From: Pseudovirgaria hyperparasitica
Taxonomy: Eukaryota
Assembly: GCA_010093815.1 (NCBI GenBank)
Contig: ML996569.1
DNA: 64,000 nucleotides
Reading direction: 5' to 3' (one strand)
Positions 50,447 through 62,333 of the stretch are shown here, piece by piece (the first letter of the stretch is position 1; the number at the start of each line of letters is the position of its first letter). The translations under genes and the position numbers were made by a program. A model generated the notes under the pieces. The model had not been told where the DNA came from, did not search any database, and saw only the letters and a list, made by a program, of their open reading frames with translations.

Positions 50447-52464
50447 ATGAGAGAGGAGCTCCTGTCACGCCCTGGAGATCTCAGACCCGGGATGGCGACC
50501 TCGGAAGACTCTACTATGACTATGAAAAGTATCTACCCTCAAGTCCCTTTACAACTTGGGCAACATTCGTTACGACTTTTGGAACTATATCCAGGAACAA
50601 TCGAAACACCCTTACGGGGCGAGCTACGTCTTCGAGTCGACCAGACCAAGTACGAAGCCGTTTCTTGGTGCTGGGGAGAAGCTCAGTCTAGCGAGTACCC
50701 AAGCATATGTCTACAAGACGGCATATCAATAGCGATACGTCCCAATCTACACACAGCTTTGCGTCATCTCAGGCATTCGAGCGAGTCTCGACACTTGTGG
50801 GTCGACGCTATCTGCATTGACCAGGACAGTGAGCCAGAGAAGAATGATCAGGTACCACAAATGGCTCACATATACCAGGACGCAGATGGTGTGGTGATAT
50901 GGTTAGGTGAGCCAAAGACAGGGGATATAGATGCCATACCCTTTCTGCATACTATACACGAGAACTTGGACAACCTCGACGATTTCCTAGAGCGGGCCTG
51001 TTACGGGGAGAAATGGAATTCCCTGGCTACCATGATGCGTTCGCCTTGGTTCTCACGAAAATGGGTCGTGCAAGAGGTCGCGCTCGCGAAGTGCGCCACC
51101 ATACATTACGGGGCGTCTACCATATCATGGAAGCTGTTCTGCAACATTAATCAGTTGACCAAACGGCGAAGTGAGAAGCTTATGCGATACACCGGAAGCT
51201 ATGAAGCTATTACGTCGATGGACCGCAGCGGTGCAATCGTACTGATAGCAATGGTGGAATCACTTTCTCGGCGTGATGGCGTGACAAGGCGCCTGCGCTA
51301 CGATCTTGACACCGTAGTGCCTCTTCTAGCTAAACTGAAAGTCACGGTCTTACATGACCATATATTTGGAGTCCTTGCGTTGGCACGGGATGCTCCAAAA
51401 GCCGTTGCGGCGACCGAGACGACGAAACCGTTATTGCCAATCGACTATGGACTCTCGTTCGAGGCCACTTGCAGAAACTTCCTCTCTTATGCGATCCAGA
51501 AATGTAACTCTCTGGACGTCCTATTTCTTCCCTGGATCTCGCCACAAGACGGCAATGATCTCCCATCGTGGATGCCAAAGAGACGTCTCGCTATAAAACG
51601 GCTTACATATCGATACAAACCCGGCGGACCTAGACTACGACCTTCCAATCAGATTTATACTTACTATCATCTTGTGGGCACATACGAGGATGCCAATGGC
51701 AGGCTAGTACCGCCAAGATATCCATATGAAGCTTCGTCAGGCATGCCATTTTCTGGCATTGACATAACGTGTCATCATACCATACGAAGTTTGAATCTGC
51801 ACGGTTTCTCAGTCGGCTCAGTGACGAAAGTTAGTACCCACATGAGGCATCGTCTGCAAAGTCTCAGCATCCCGAAGGACTGGATTGAACTAGCAAACTG
51901 GCCAGTGTCAGAATCCGAGCACCCAGAACGTTTCTGGCGCACACTGATCGCGAATCGATGGGATACACAGGATGAAGTACAGGACTACTACAGCGAGGCA
52001 TTCTCTTCAATCATGAGTTCCGAGCATACATTTGAGTTCAACAACCAGTCGGGTCAGGCCTTGTATTGGCGCCCCGGTGAATCTACCTTCACCAGTGAGT
52101 TAAAGAGACGTATCGCTGTGGTTCTCTTTCGACGAAGGTTGATCCTAGCAACTTCAAACAGTGGTCCTGAGCTCCTCGGTCTTGCGCCTGAGGATTGCGA
52201 GGAGGGTGACCGTAAGTTATTTTGCTTTGCCAAGATTCGTTATCAGAACCCTCCTAACCACAAGCAGTGATATGTATTCTCAGAGGATGTAGTGTACCTA
52301 TCATACTGCGAAAGAAGGATCTGCCGGATCAGAGCGACTGTTATGAAGTTATCGGCCCATGCTACGTACATGGCATAATGCAAGGCGAGGCTGTGGAAAT
52401 GCTCAAGGATCGGACATACAATAGTTCTGAGCATTTCACAGAGAGGACGTTTGAGGCTATATAA
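50447..52464 (+). CDS. HET-domain (HET-6-like) heterokaryon incompatibility protein
   Basis: YEAVSWCWG, LWVDAICIDQ, QVPQMAHIYQDA..VVIWLG, WFSRKWVVQEV, LPSWMP and C-terminal GPCYVHGIM after intron 52212-52267. Confidence 0.9.
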
Positions 52465-52991
52465 CTGGCTAGTATCAAGCAGAAGTCTCCTTTCTGGAGA
52501 GACAATGAATTGGTCTGTCTCCATGCCCGACAGGAGGATACAAACGATGTCTATACTATAGCATCTGTTTCTTCAAGGCCATACCCCAACATGATGGTAA
52601 CATATACCATTATATAATGTTGGGCATGTAACTGGCTCGGTCCAGTCATTGACTTGCAACACAACCTGGTCGTAGATTGATGGCGAATCAGTCAGTCCAA
52701 TGGCAGGCTGATGGGTAACACTTTCTGTTGTTGTACTTGGGGGCCTGAGTGCTGACCCGAGATCCAGATATCATCCTATAGGCCTTCGGATCCGGCTTTA
52801 GCATAAGCGAGCCGACCAATAGCCAGGGGTAAGGATCCATGACCTTTACATTAGCGCCGGGAAAGTGAACGTTTATGGTACAATCTCACACATCGTCAGG
52901 ATCCAGTGAACTAGCTACATTCCAGCAATACATATAAAGCCTCAAATTCAACCCAGAACAACCACAAACATACCCTTCAACAACTCTCACA

Positions 52992-53777
52992 ATGCGCTTC
53001 GTGTCCAAACCCCAAGACACCTACCCCACAGGCACCGGCCCCAAGGTCATCGCCGCAGGCCTCCCCCGCTGTGCCACAAGCTCCCTCCAGACCTCCTTCG
53101 AGCAACATCTCGGCTACGGGCCATGCATGCACTTCGCGCGCATCGCGCCATACGCCGAGCGCCTGCGTCTCGTCCGCAGCATGGCACTCGAGCGGGACAA
53201 GGCCACCCGGCAAGCCATGCTACGCACACTCTTCGACGTGGTCAACTCCTCGGCCGACTTCCCCGGGATGTGGTTCATCGAAGATCTGGTGGAGATGTAT
53301 CCAGACGCACAGATTATCCTCAATAAGCGGCGCAGCGGCACCGAGTGGCACAAGTCGTTCATGGACACGATATACTGGTTCTCGGTCCCGAATGGGGTGT
53401 ATGCGTGGGCTGCGTGGCTGGTGGAGACGGATCGCGAGCAGGTCAACCTGTTTCGCGTGTTCTATAGTCAGTTGCCGGAGAGGTATGGGGTGGAGGATTG
53501 GTGTCCTGAGATGATGGATCGGCATTCCGAGTTGGTGAGGAGGGTAGCAAGGAAGCATGGGAAGGAGGTGTTGGAGTGGGAGCCGGCTGATGGGTATGAG
53601 CCGATATGCAAGTTTTTGGGCAAGGATGTTCCGGCGGAGCCGTTTCCGAGGACGAATGAGACGGCGGATATACTGTTTATTCAGAAGTTCTTGCTTGTTA
53701 GGGGGCTGGCGTATTGGTTGGCTGCTCTGGCGACGCCTGTAGCTGTGTTTTATGCTGTTCGACAGCTTTTGTTCTAA
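52992..53777 (+). CDS. Sulfotransferase-like P-loop protein (Sulfotransfer_4 type) with C-terminal TM segment
   Basis: KVIAAGLPRCATSSL, PCMH, YPDAQIIL and GYEPICKFLG..PFPRTN. Confidence 0.8.
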   Translation: MRFVSKPQDTYPTGTGPKVIAAGLPRCATSSLQTSFEQHLGYGPCMHFARIAPYAERLRLVRSMALERDKATRQAMLRTLFDVVNSSADFPGMWFIEDLVEMYPDAQIILNKRRSGTEWHKSFMDTIYWFSVPNGVYAWAAWLVETDREQVNLFRVFYSQLPERYGVEDWCPEMMDRHSELVRRVARKHGKEVLEWEPADGYEPICKFLGKDVPAEPFPRTNETADILFIQKFLLVRGLAYWLAALATPVAVFYAVRQLLF

Positions 53778-53945
53778 GTTATGATAGCTGGTCATTTGGA
53801 CTATATTCGTTATCGTTAGAATGTGTATGAGCTGATATGACCGTGGCTCCAGATTAATCAGAACAACATGGCATAATATATTGATCCGACCGAGATTCAA
53901 TACGGTTATCATTGAATATTCGACATTACTATATATATTCCGAGG

Positions 53946-55658
53946 TCAGTGTATCGTCACGCCCCCAGGTAGTTCAAGAACCTGAGGATCGGCCTTCGGA
54001 TGACAAGGCTCAAGCACTGCTTGCCCACTGGGTGCCTCAGCCAGGCACAAGGCCGAATTCCCAGCCATCAGATTTCCTGTCTGATAATAGGTCCATACAT
54101 TTCCGGTTTCTGCATGACATGCTGTGGCTTTCAAGTTGCCGCGTTCATTGTGGCCCAAGCAAGTATCTCTGGCTCCAAGAGTGGTAAGAGCGCCTTGGGC
54201 TGTCGTCTGCCAGATCTGTTCGTCGCTAGCGTTACAGGTCTCGAATTGTGCGCCTAACCGTGTGGTAGTCAGACAATGGCCTGTGTAGGTGTTGAATATC
54301 ATTCCCGTTGGGGTAATGTCGAGTTTGGGTGCGTGTCTGCCTCGGATGCGAAGCACAGCTGTCGAATGTGAGGGTCTCTCGTGCAGCGAGATGGACTTCG
54401 ATACAGTAAATGTTTTGCCTGTCCAGAGATCTTTCACGCTATAAGAATGATCAGGGGATATCCCAACCCGCTCGAGAGGAATCAATGTTGAGTTTGTGTT
54501 GTTGCCACGATTCAGTACGGTAAGCAGTCGGTCACCGTTCTCGAGGCTTTTGGTCAGAACATCCCAGTAGCCATCCTGAGAGACCAATGTAGCTTGCAAG
54601 CACAGAGAGTCTTGGTCTACGGCGATGATGTCCTTGTTGCTCAGGTATTTGATATCACTTTCGGGTAGCTCTGGAATGTACGCTGAAATGATTAGTGGTG
54701 CCGAGAAACTGGCCCACAGCGAGAAATGCGACCGTTTTTCTTCTTCAGTCAGATCCGGAAAAGGAATCAGAAAGTCGGGGTCGTTGTAGAAGCCACACTT
54801 TTGCTGGTATCGCGCAAGTTCGGTATTATGGCCGTAGTTGGTCATGATACTGTCCCAATGACCGCCCGGCTCAAAAATCCCGTCAAAGCCCCATATCTTC
54901 ACATCGTTGGAGTGCCGTGCTAGCTCGCCGTACTCGGGCATGTACTTCATGATCGTGTACCAGTCAGTGTTATTGCTGTGTGGAGGCGTTTGAAAATCTG
55001 GAGAGAAGTATGCAGGTGCAGACTCAGAAAACACTAATGGCTTATCTAATGCTTCCAATGCTTTGTGCCATTTTTCATACAAGACGCGATACTGCTCGAC
55101 CTTAGGTCGAGGGTCTGTGTTATTGATGACATTGCAGCCGTCGAGCTTTAGATAGTCGATGCCCCAAGCTTCAAACGTTTTTGCATCGAGGTCCTCATAG
55201 TCTCTTGATCCAGGATAGCCTCCACAAGTAAGATTACCAGCATCTTGGTAGATACCATATTTAAACCCACGCTCGTGTAAGTACTCGCCAAGCCAGATTA
55301 GTCCATCCGGAAAGAGCGTCGAGTTCCAGACGAGTGATCCATTCTCAGCTCTGGAGTATTCCAACCAACAGTCATCAATATTGATGTATTCATAGCCAGC
55401 GTCAAGCAAGCCATTCTCAAGCATGGCATCTGCAGTATCAGTGAAAAGCGTCTGATTGAGGTCGCACATGAAGCGTGCCCAGTTGTTGAATCCCATCGGG
55501 GGGCGTGGCTGTATTGCTGGATCTTGAACTGTAGACCATACCATGGCTGGCAACTGGCCAAGCAGCATTGATAAGAGGACGAAAGTCATCGCTATTTGCA
55601 GTAGAAGGATGAAAAAAACAATGGTCCACAGACCTGGATGACAGGAGACGCTCTTCAT
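53946..55658 (-). CDS. GH27 alpha-galactosidase/alpha-N-acetylgalactosaminidase with C-terminal ricin-B lectin
   Basis: PPMGFNNW, NIDDCW, WGIDYLKLDGC, YNDPDFL and QxW-type C-terminal domain; hydrophobic N-terminus (start codon uncertain). Confidence 0.93.
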   Translation of the reverse strand: MKSVSCHPGLWTIVFFILLLQIAMTFVLLSMLLGQLPAMVWSTVQDPAIQPRPPMGFNNWARFMCDLNQTLFTDTADAMLENGLLDAGYEYINIDDCWLEYSRAENGSLVWNSTLFPDGLIWLGEYLHERGFKYGIYQDAGNLTCGGYPGSRDYEDLDAKTFEAWGIDYLKLDGCNVINNTDPRPKVEQYRVLYEKWHKALEALDKPLVFSESAPAYFSPDFQTPPHSNNTDWYTIMKYMPEYGELARHSNDVKIWGFDGIFEPGGHWDSIMTNYGHNTELARYQQKCGFYNDPDFLIPFPDLTEEEKRSHFSLWASFSAPLIISAYIPELPESDIKYLSNKDIIAVDQDSLCLQATLVSQDGYWDVLTKSLENGDRLLTVLNRGNNTNSTLIPLERVGISPDHSYSVKDLWTGKTFTVSKSISLHERPSHSTAVLRIRGRHAPKLDITPTGMIFNTYTGHCLTTTRLGAQFETCNASDEQIWQTTAQGALTTLGARDTCLGHNERGNLKATACHAETGNVWTYYQTGNLMAGNSALCLAEAPSGQAVLEPCHPKADPQVLELPGGVTIH

Positions 55659-56484
55659 GGTATCATTAGCAACAGATGAACCTTAAGAGCAGACAACCCC
55701 GCATCAGGCCCCTCGTGATGATGCAGAAAGGATGGCTGATGCAACCATGTAGTGTAATGTTCCGACGGGTCTTAGACTGCGATGTTATGCATTGGAAGAA
55801 TGCATGTCGGTTACTCGATCCATGCCTGACTGTTGATGCTTGCGGGGTTTCTGCCTGAGGCATGATATGTGCCTGGAGGCGTCACGTGCTCAGCCTCGTC
55901 TTTGCCATGACCTCCTGATTCTTTCCTTTCATGCGAGATCATCATGTCATCTACTTTTCATCCTTGCCTCATCATGGAAGTCATTTTAAACCTCTGGTGT
56001 ATTGTGTCGAGGTGCTGTAAGCCCTTAGTCTGCGATCCTCACGCCTGGATTACAGTGTGCCAGACCGATGTCGTGCGAAAGAAATACCCAGTCGGTTGCC
56101 CCCAGAGGTCGTGAAACTGCTCAGTTGAGTCACCGGTAAGACTTGATTTGTGTCAATATAGGGGATAGCGAGTTAATCTCGGATCATATAATGCTACGTG
56201 AAGTATCACATACGGCGTAATTATAATGTGGAGCCAGTCATCATATCGGCAAATCGGTAATTCGTTGTGCGGTTACCCCTGGCATATCTACAAATAGTCT
56301 TCTGTGTCACGGGCTAACAGGAACCACAAATCCCAGCAATTAGTCAAGTTCCGCTCGATGGGGTCCGTTAATGACGCGTACTGCGATCCTCGCATGTACA
56401 ACATCTGGGTGTTGACAATGTGTCGACGTCTTGTGGATACTTGAATCCAAACCTCGGGCAAGCCACGCACATCAGAATACCGCG

Positions 56485-58053
56485 ATGCTCACCAACACTG
56501 AATTTTCAATACGGTCCGCCTTTAGTATACTGTACGAGTACTGTTATCTGATAATACCGGTGTCGCTCGCATGTATCGCCGTGAAACGCCGCTACCTCTC
56601 CCTTCTAAGCAAGCATCCGGGACCATTTTGGGCGTCAGTAACACGTCTTTGGAAGCTCTACTTGACATCAAGGGGCCGCAGCCATATAGATCTCCCAGCT
56701 CTCCACGACAAATACGGGCCAATCGTGCGCATCGCTCCAAACGAAGTTTCGCTGGCGTCTCCCGAAGCAGCACGACAACTTCTTAGTGCAGGTAAAGGCT
56801 TTCACAAGACATCCTTTTATTGGGTCTTCCCACCACCGTCAAATCCGGACATCTTTACGGAGATACGCGAGCATGTTCATGCGCAGAAGAAGCGTGTTGC
56901 CAATGTTCCATACAGTATGGCTGCAATGCAGCAGCTCGCGCCCTTCATTGAGGATACCATCGACATGTTCTTTGAGAAGCTAGATGGTTTTACTCACGCT
57001 AACGATACCACGGTCGATCTTGGTGCCTGGCTGCATTATTTTGCATTCGATGTGCTGGGCGAAGTAGCCTTTTCTCGCAAATTTGGTTTCTTGGAGCAAG
57101 GCGTAGACGTAGAAAAGGCCATCAAGACAATCGATGATTCACAATGGTACAACGGTCTCATTGGGCAGATTCCAGAGCTAGATTACGTTTTTCGGAGGAA
57201 TCCGATCTGGAGCCTTCTTCCAAACACGGGACCTGGACTGATCACGAGAATTGCATTGTCAGAGATGGACAAGAGGAAGCCTTTCGAGAACATCGAGAAG
57301 AGTGATCGCCAAGATTTGTTGGCGAGTCTGATCAAGGGTCATCTCAAGGATCCAAGCAAGTTCAGCACAGGCGACGTCTTTGCCGTTGCACATGGCGCAA
57401 TGTATGTCCCAATCGATGCTTCTACATACTACCCACTGATATCTTGTAGCTTCGCCGGCTCCGACTCGACTGCTTCGACAATGCAATCTTTCTTCTATCA
57501 TGTTCTGAAGAATGCCCCGATATACGCCAAGCTTCAGTCCGAGATTGAGACCGCCGCGCGCAGTGGGACTATCTCCGCTAAAGTACAATGGTCTGAAGCC
57601 CAACAGCTCCCTTACTTCCAAGCGTGTCTTAAGGAGACGTTCCGTATGCGTCCAGCCGTAGGTCTCAACATCACACGCGCCGTTCCCGTTGGGGGGGCGG
57701 AGATAGACGGTGTCAAATATGCAGCTGGGACTGAAATCGCTGTGAACGGATGGGTGCTACATCGCGACAAGACCATATTCGGAGACGATGTCGATGTCTT
57801 CAGACCTGAGCGGTGGCTAGATGACAAAGAAAATGCCAAGAACATGGAGCGATATCTGTTTCACTTTGGCGGGGGTTCTCATGTCTGCATTGGACGCAAC
57901 TTGGCGCTACTAGAGATAAACAAGGTGTTACCTCACTTATTGAGGGAGTACACGTTCAAGCTTGCGAGGCCTGACGCAGAGTTGACGGCACATACAACAT
58001 TCTTCGTGGTGCAGGAAGGCTTGGACGTGTATATCACGAGAAACAAGGCCTAG
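56485..58053 (+). CDS. Cytochrome P450
   Basis: AGSDST, KETFR, FRPERW and FGGGSHVCIG; probable in-frame intron at about 57402-57449. Confidence 0.95.
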   Translation: MLTNTEFSIRSAFSILYEYCYLIIPVSLACIAVKRRYLSLLSKHPGPFWASVTRLWKLYLTSRGRSHIDLPALHDKYGPIVRIAPNEVSLASPEAARQLLSAGKGFHKTSFYWVFPPPSNPDIFTEIREHVHAQKKRVANVPYSMAAMQQLAPFIEDTIDMFFEKLDGFTHANDTTVDLGAWLHYFAFDVLGEVAFSRKFGFLEQGVDVEKAIKTIDDSQWYNGLIGQIPELDYVFRRNPIWSLLPNTGPGLITRIALSEMDKRKPFENIEKSDRQDLLASLIKGHLKDPSKFSTGDVFAVAHGAMYVPIDASTYYPLISCSFAGSDSTASTMQSFFYHVLKNAPIYAKLQSEIETAARSGTISAKVQWSEAQQLPYFQACLKETFRMRPAVGLNITRAVPVGGAEIDGVKYAAGTEIAVNGWVLHRDKTIFGDDVDVFRPERWLDDKENAKNMERYLFHFGGGSHVCIGRNLALLEINKVLPHLLREYTFKLARPDAELTAHTTFFVVQEGLDVYITRNKA

Positions 58054-58977
58054 AAGACAACGGCTACCACACTATGTTATGTGTAAGCTAGTGTCTATGT
58101 TTTAATTTCGCTCACCATCGTAGCCCAACACGTGAGATAGATCCCAAATATGATAAAAGAAGTAAGTAGTAAGACCAATCTCAAGTTCTCATTATTTCGT
58201 TTGAATTACCTACCGGACTAACGAAAGCATTGAAACTGCTGGCATCTGATTTCATCGGTACAAATGGTGTCCATCCAACGGCTGGTACACGGAGATGTTG
58301 ACTGCCACATGTAAGGGTTCTCAAGTGGACTAAATAGGAATTGTTCCACAGTCTGTCCAAATTTCGATTTCAAATAACCGTTCTACAGGCCACATAATTT
58401 CTGACAGGTACTGATGAGCTATGCCAAAGACAGCTGTTATACCAGGCACGCACGACGAAAGAAGATGACTGCATGCAGTGTTTACTGAGTATTGGCAGAA
58501 GCAGTCACTGTCATGCAGAGAGAGATACCATGACCGGAGGGTAAGACACTGCGTCTACCACTACGGCGGCGCTAGAAATGCAGACGATTGGGTGGGTACA
58601 AACGACACTATATAACGTTCACTTCACGGAGGTTATCACTTTATTTTAGCCACATCTTCAAAACAACCCAAGTTCCGATCTAGTGAACGATATATAATGG
58701 AAATCGCTAGTTTGTTTCACGTTACGTTTATGTTGCGAGCGGTGGTACAGGAACAAGCATGCTTGTCTGTGACTCGCTACACTACCGCTGTGACAGACTT
58801 ATGACGATGCGCAGGCAAACAATGTAATACACTTGCGCAGGACTTTACCATCGAAATAAAAAACCTGAACCTGTCAAGCGCAGAACACACATGTGACATG
58901 TTCGAAAAAAGCCTACGAAACTGCACCTAAACTTCAAAACACACTCGTACTCCATATCCAACCGACATCATCCAAAC

Positions 58978-61004
58978 ATGTCCCTCAAACACAATAACAC
59001 AGCGCCAAGAACTCAGGTACTCCAAATGGCACTCGATCGCGCAGATATTGACTCGCAAGGCCAACTTCAATTGCCCGTCGGAGGTCCTGCCATCGCCATC
59101 AATGTCTCTACACGATCCACCCCCACCGATCCTCCCAGCGTAACATCCAAAGAGAAACGCCACCACGCAGTTGTCAAGCTGCGTAAGGTACTGCATATGA
59201 GTAAACCATCCGACCACGTTATCCCTGCCGACCGAACCGTACTCGCACAAGATGCCGACGCGCAATCCGACGCCCGCCTAGTTCACGCCTTGCCACACAC
59301 CGAGAAACATACAGTAAAGGAAATGCTGCATTCGCCAATCGCTACGGCAAAGGCGAAGGTTACAGGCCAAGGGAGCCATGAAGTTGCTGCCAACATGGCG
59401 GCCAAGGAGATTCCGCATGGGCAGGAAGTCGATTTGATGAATGCGGAGACGGGTTTAAGTGGGGCGCAGACAGAGGATGAGTCGAGGGTGGCCAAGGGGG
59501 TTCTCGAGAGATTATTGCGGGAGAGACAGACGACATACGCGCGATGGACATTGGATCGGCATGTGTCTAAGCTGAGAGTCCTGCCAAAGAGGGAGAAGCC
59601 GACTTTGGTAGACTTCGAGACTGATGTACATGGGGAGGGACGCGTTATTGATTGGAGGGGATACGCAGAGCGGGTGAGTATACGATTTAAGAGGTATTTG
59701 ACGGTTGACTGATTACCTTTAGATGTCGGATTACTACGCGCATCGGTATGGCGGGCAATATGTGGGCTATGGATCAGATCCACCGCCACCATCAAAGAAG
59801 ACGATCATGCCGAACATCGAGCGTCTTATGATTGCATCTTTGCCGCTGCAGGAGCTGATTATGACGATTAGGAGAGTATATCGGTGGGAAAGTCCTCTCG
59901 AGACGATAAAGTATCTTTCCGTGTGCTGTGGATTGTGGTGGTTTGATTTACTGCTTCCGGGTGCTGTAAGTACTGTCGTGCCCGCATTCCTCGTCTCTTG
60001 ATTGCCGTAGGACACTGAATTGACGATACAAGATTTCTTGGGCGATCTATCTGGTCCTCGAGCGTCGGTACCACGGTGTCACACTCGGAGCATTGCGCGA
60101 GGACATCAAGCGTCGAGAAGATGCCGCAATCACAGCCAGGTCAATCACAGAACTGATTGTCAAGGAAGGTGACGAGAAGTGGGTAGACGAGCTTACTGCA
60201 GGATTGGGTTCGTGGTCTATGATCCAGCTGGCAGATCTAGCGAACTCTTTTGAGAGCATGCGCAAGTCAGTATTGATATATACCGTTCTTCATCAGACTT
60301 TCTAACAAAACGCAGCTTCTATGAGTGGAGAGTTCCATCTCGCACAATGGTCTCCCTTGTATTACTCGTATTGACTGTTCCGCTTACCGTTTTTGTGCCA
60401 CTTCGGATCTTGGTCAAGGCCATGACACTGAGTGCTATGATTACCTTCTTTGGGCTGTTTCCGCTCGCGACGAACTTTCCTGAGTATCGATTGCTAGTGT
60501 CACCGTCGAAACGTCTACTATGGAACATACCTACACATGGTAAGTTGTCATCATTGAACCTTCGAGACATCGAGTCAGTCGCTGACAATTGCAGCCGAAT
60601 GGGCAATCAAATACATCCAAGCGAGCGGTGCATTCGTCAACGATCGTATGAACGAGATCCCAGATTCCGAGCGTATGTCTGAAGCAGAACACTACGGCTC
60701 ATACACCGCACACTACGAGAATATCAATGGCCGCATCGTTGTGCAGTCCGACTCCATCGTATTTGTGTCCAAGATCACAAATATGCATTGGACGGTGCCG
60801 TATGCCGAGATGCGGAAGCTGGAGAAGCTTGATCGTATCGCGACCAAGAACGTGCCCGAACTTTTCCAAAGCGACTCTGGACAGGATCTGAAAATTACGG
60901 GCAAGGATGAGGTAGAAAGAGTACTTTGTAGCGTAGACAAGAGAGACGAGGTTTTCTCACAGATTGTAGGGTATAGTGGCTGTCAATGGCAGGTCGTTTG
61001 GTAA
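58978..61004 (+). CDS. Multi-exon membrane protein of unknown function, possibly with a C-terminal GRAM/PH-like domain
   Basis: Five ORF segments joined by GT-AG introns; VYRWESP, hydrophobic segments, WNIPTHAEW and KRDEVFSQIVG. Confidence 0.65.
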
Positions 61005-61401
61005 CTGATGTTCAAATCTTGGGGGCGTTGATCAAGTCAATCTTCGAATGCTTGTTGCAATCGCATTCATCGACGCAGAGTTGGGTTTCTCTAGCCTCGA
61101 GTACCGGCCTGGTACAAACATGCGCTTGTCGATCGTGAGTATGTCCACATCGGAGGATATCCATGGATGATATCAGCGCTGGGAAATGGGTCAGTTTGTG
61201 ATGATATCGTTACCAACAGTTGGCATCGATAAATGGCGTCGAGCGATGATGTCACGGCGGCTTCTGGAAACGCCTACTGGGCGTGAACTTACGTAGCGTG
61301 CCTGAATCTACAAGTAAACACATATATACACTCGAGCCGCTCGCACGTCCTGTCGCAACACCAAACCCTTACCAAAGATCGGATCTCCATACTCATACAA
61401 T

Positions 61402-61929
61402 ATGTCATCCACAGCAAGCTTTCTCGCCTCTCGACCGAATGTCCTCCCGGTCCTTCAAGCTACAACAATAACCTCGCTCTCTATCATTTCCGGGGTCTCA
61501 ATCTGTCTGACAGCCTGGGTAATCCCTGTGATCCGCACTGCGCGAGAGGCCCAAACCCAGACCACTCAATTCTCTCTGACCATTGAGAAGGGATGGAAAT
61601 ACCTACACCATTTCAGCCAACTGCAAGGTGCCTCCCTAGCCACCATTACATACCTGGTATCTCAGCATCCAAATCCTGCCATCGCTGCGAAGTGGAGGAT
61701 CTGGGCTGCTGCACTAGGAATCGTGGCATTCGCATGGCCCTTTGAGAGAATTGCAATCTTTCCAGTCAATGATCGGGTCGGGGAGATTGGTGAGGAGGTG
61801 AAGAAGGGAGATGAGGGGAGGGTGGGCGAGGTGGATGGGTTGTTGAAGGAGTGGGGAGTGAAGAATGTGTTTCGAGCTGCGTTGCCGTTGAGTGCAGCTG
61901 TGACTGGGTTGTATTCGCTGATATTCTGA
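61402..61929 (+). CDS. DUF1772/anthrone-oxygenase-like small membrane protein
   Basis: Four hydrophobic segments, IFPVNDR and LKEWGVKNVFRAAL. Confidence 0.65.
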   Translation: MSSTASFLASRPNVLPVLQATTITSLSIISGVSICLTAWVIPVIRTAREAQTQTTQFSLTIEKGWKYLHHFSQLQGASLATITYLVSQHPNPAIAAKWRIWAAALGIVAFAWPFERIAIFPVNDRVGEIGEEVKKGDEGRVGEVDGLLKEWGVKNVFRAALPLSAAVTGLYSLIF

Positions 61930-62333
61930 AGTTGTGCTGGTGGCTGGACCAGGGACTGAACATAGGACGTTTGAGCCGCTGTCATAATAATGCGTTTCCA
62001 TTGGACATCAAAAGAGGAACTACTTCTTGATCCAGTAATTCCAACACTTGCCTGTCGCTGTATACAAACATCTGCCCGAGAAGCAGAATATGAATCGTGT
62101 AAAATGGAGCACAATTTAAGATTATAGACAAGTCCGACCCGAACTCCGGACCCCACGCTACGGTTTGAATTGTTGGTATTTGCGTGGCTCACATCTCATT
62201 TAACTTTACAACCCCGCATAGCACCAACACTAGCCAAATGATCAATAAGCAATTTGTAACACTGCTCAGAGATATACTGGATTACTATTTATCACTCTGT
62301 ATCCCGTTCTTTTGATGCATCGATTGACTTACA

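Noticed and set aside
52992..53912. 230-aa antisense ORF and a strong C-rich to G-rich switch along the sulfotransferase-like gene (similar switch at 61402-61929)
   Set aside because: The antisense ORF is a shadow of codon bias. The 5' C-rich/3' G-rich skew recurs in several short genes here, and I found no true inverted repeat.
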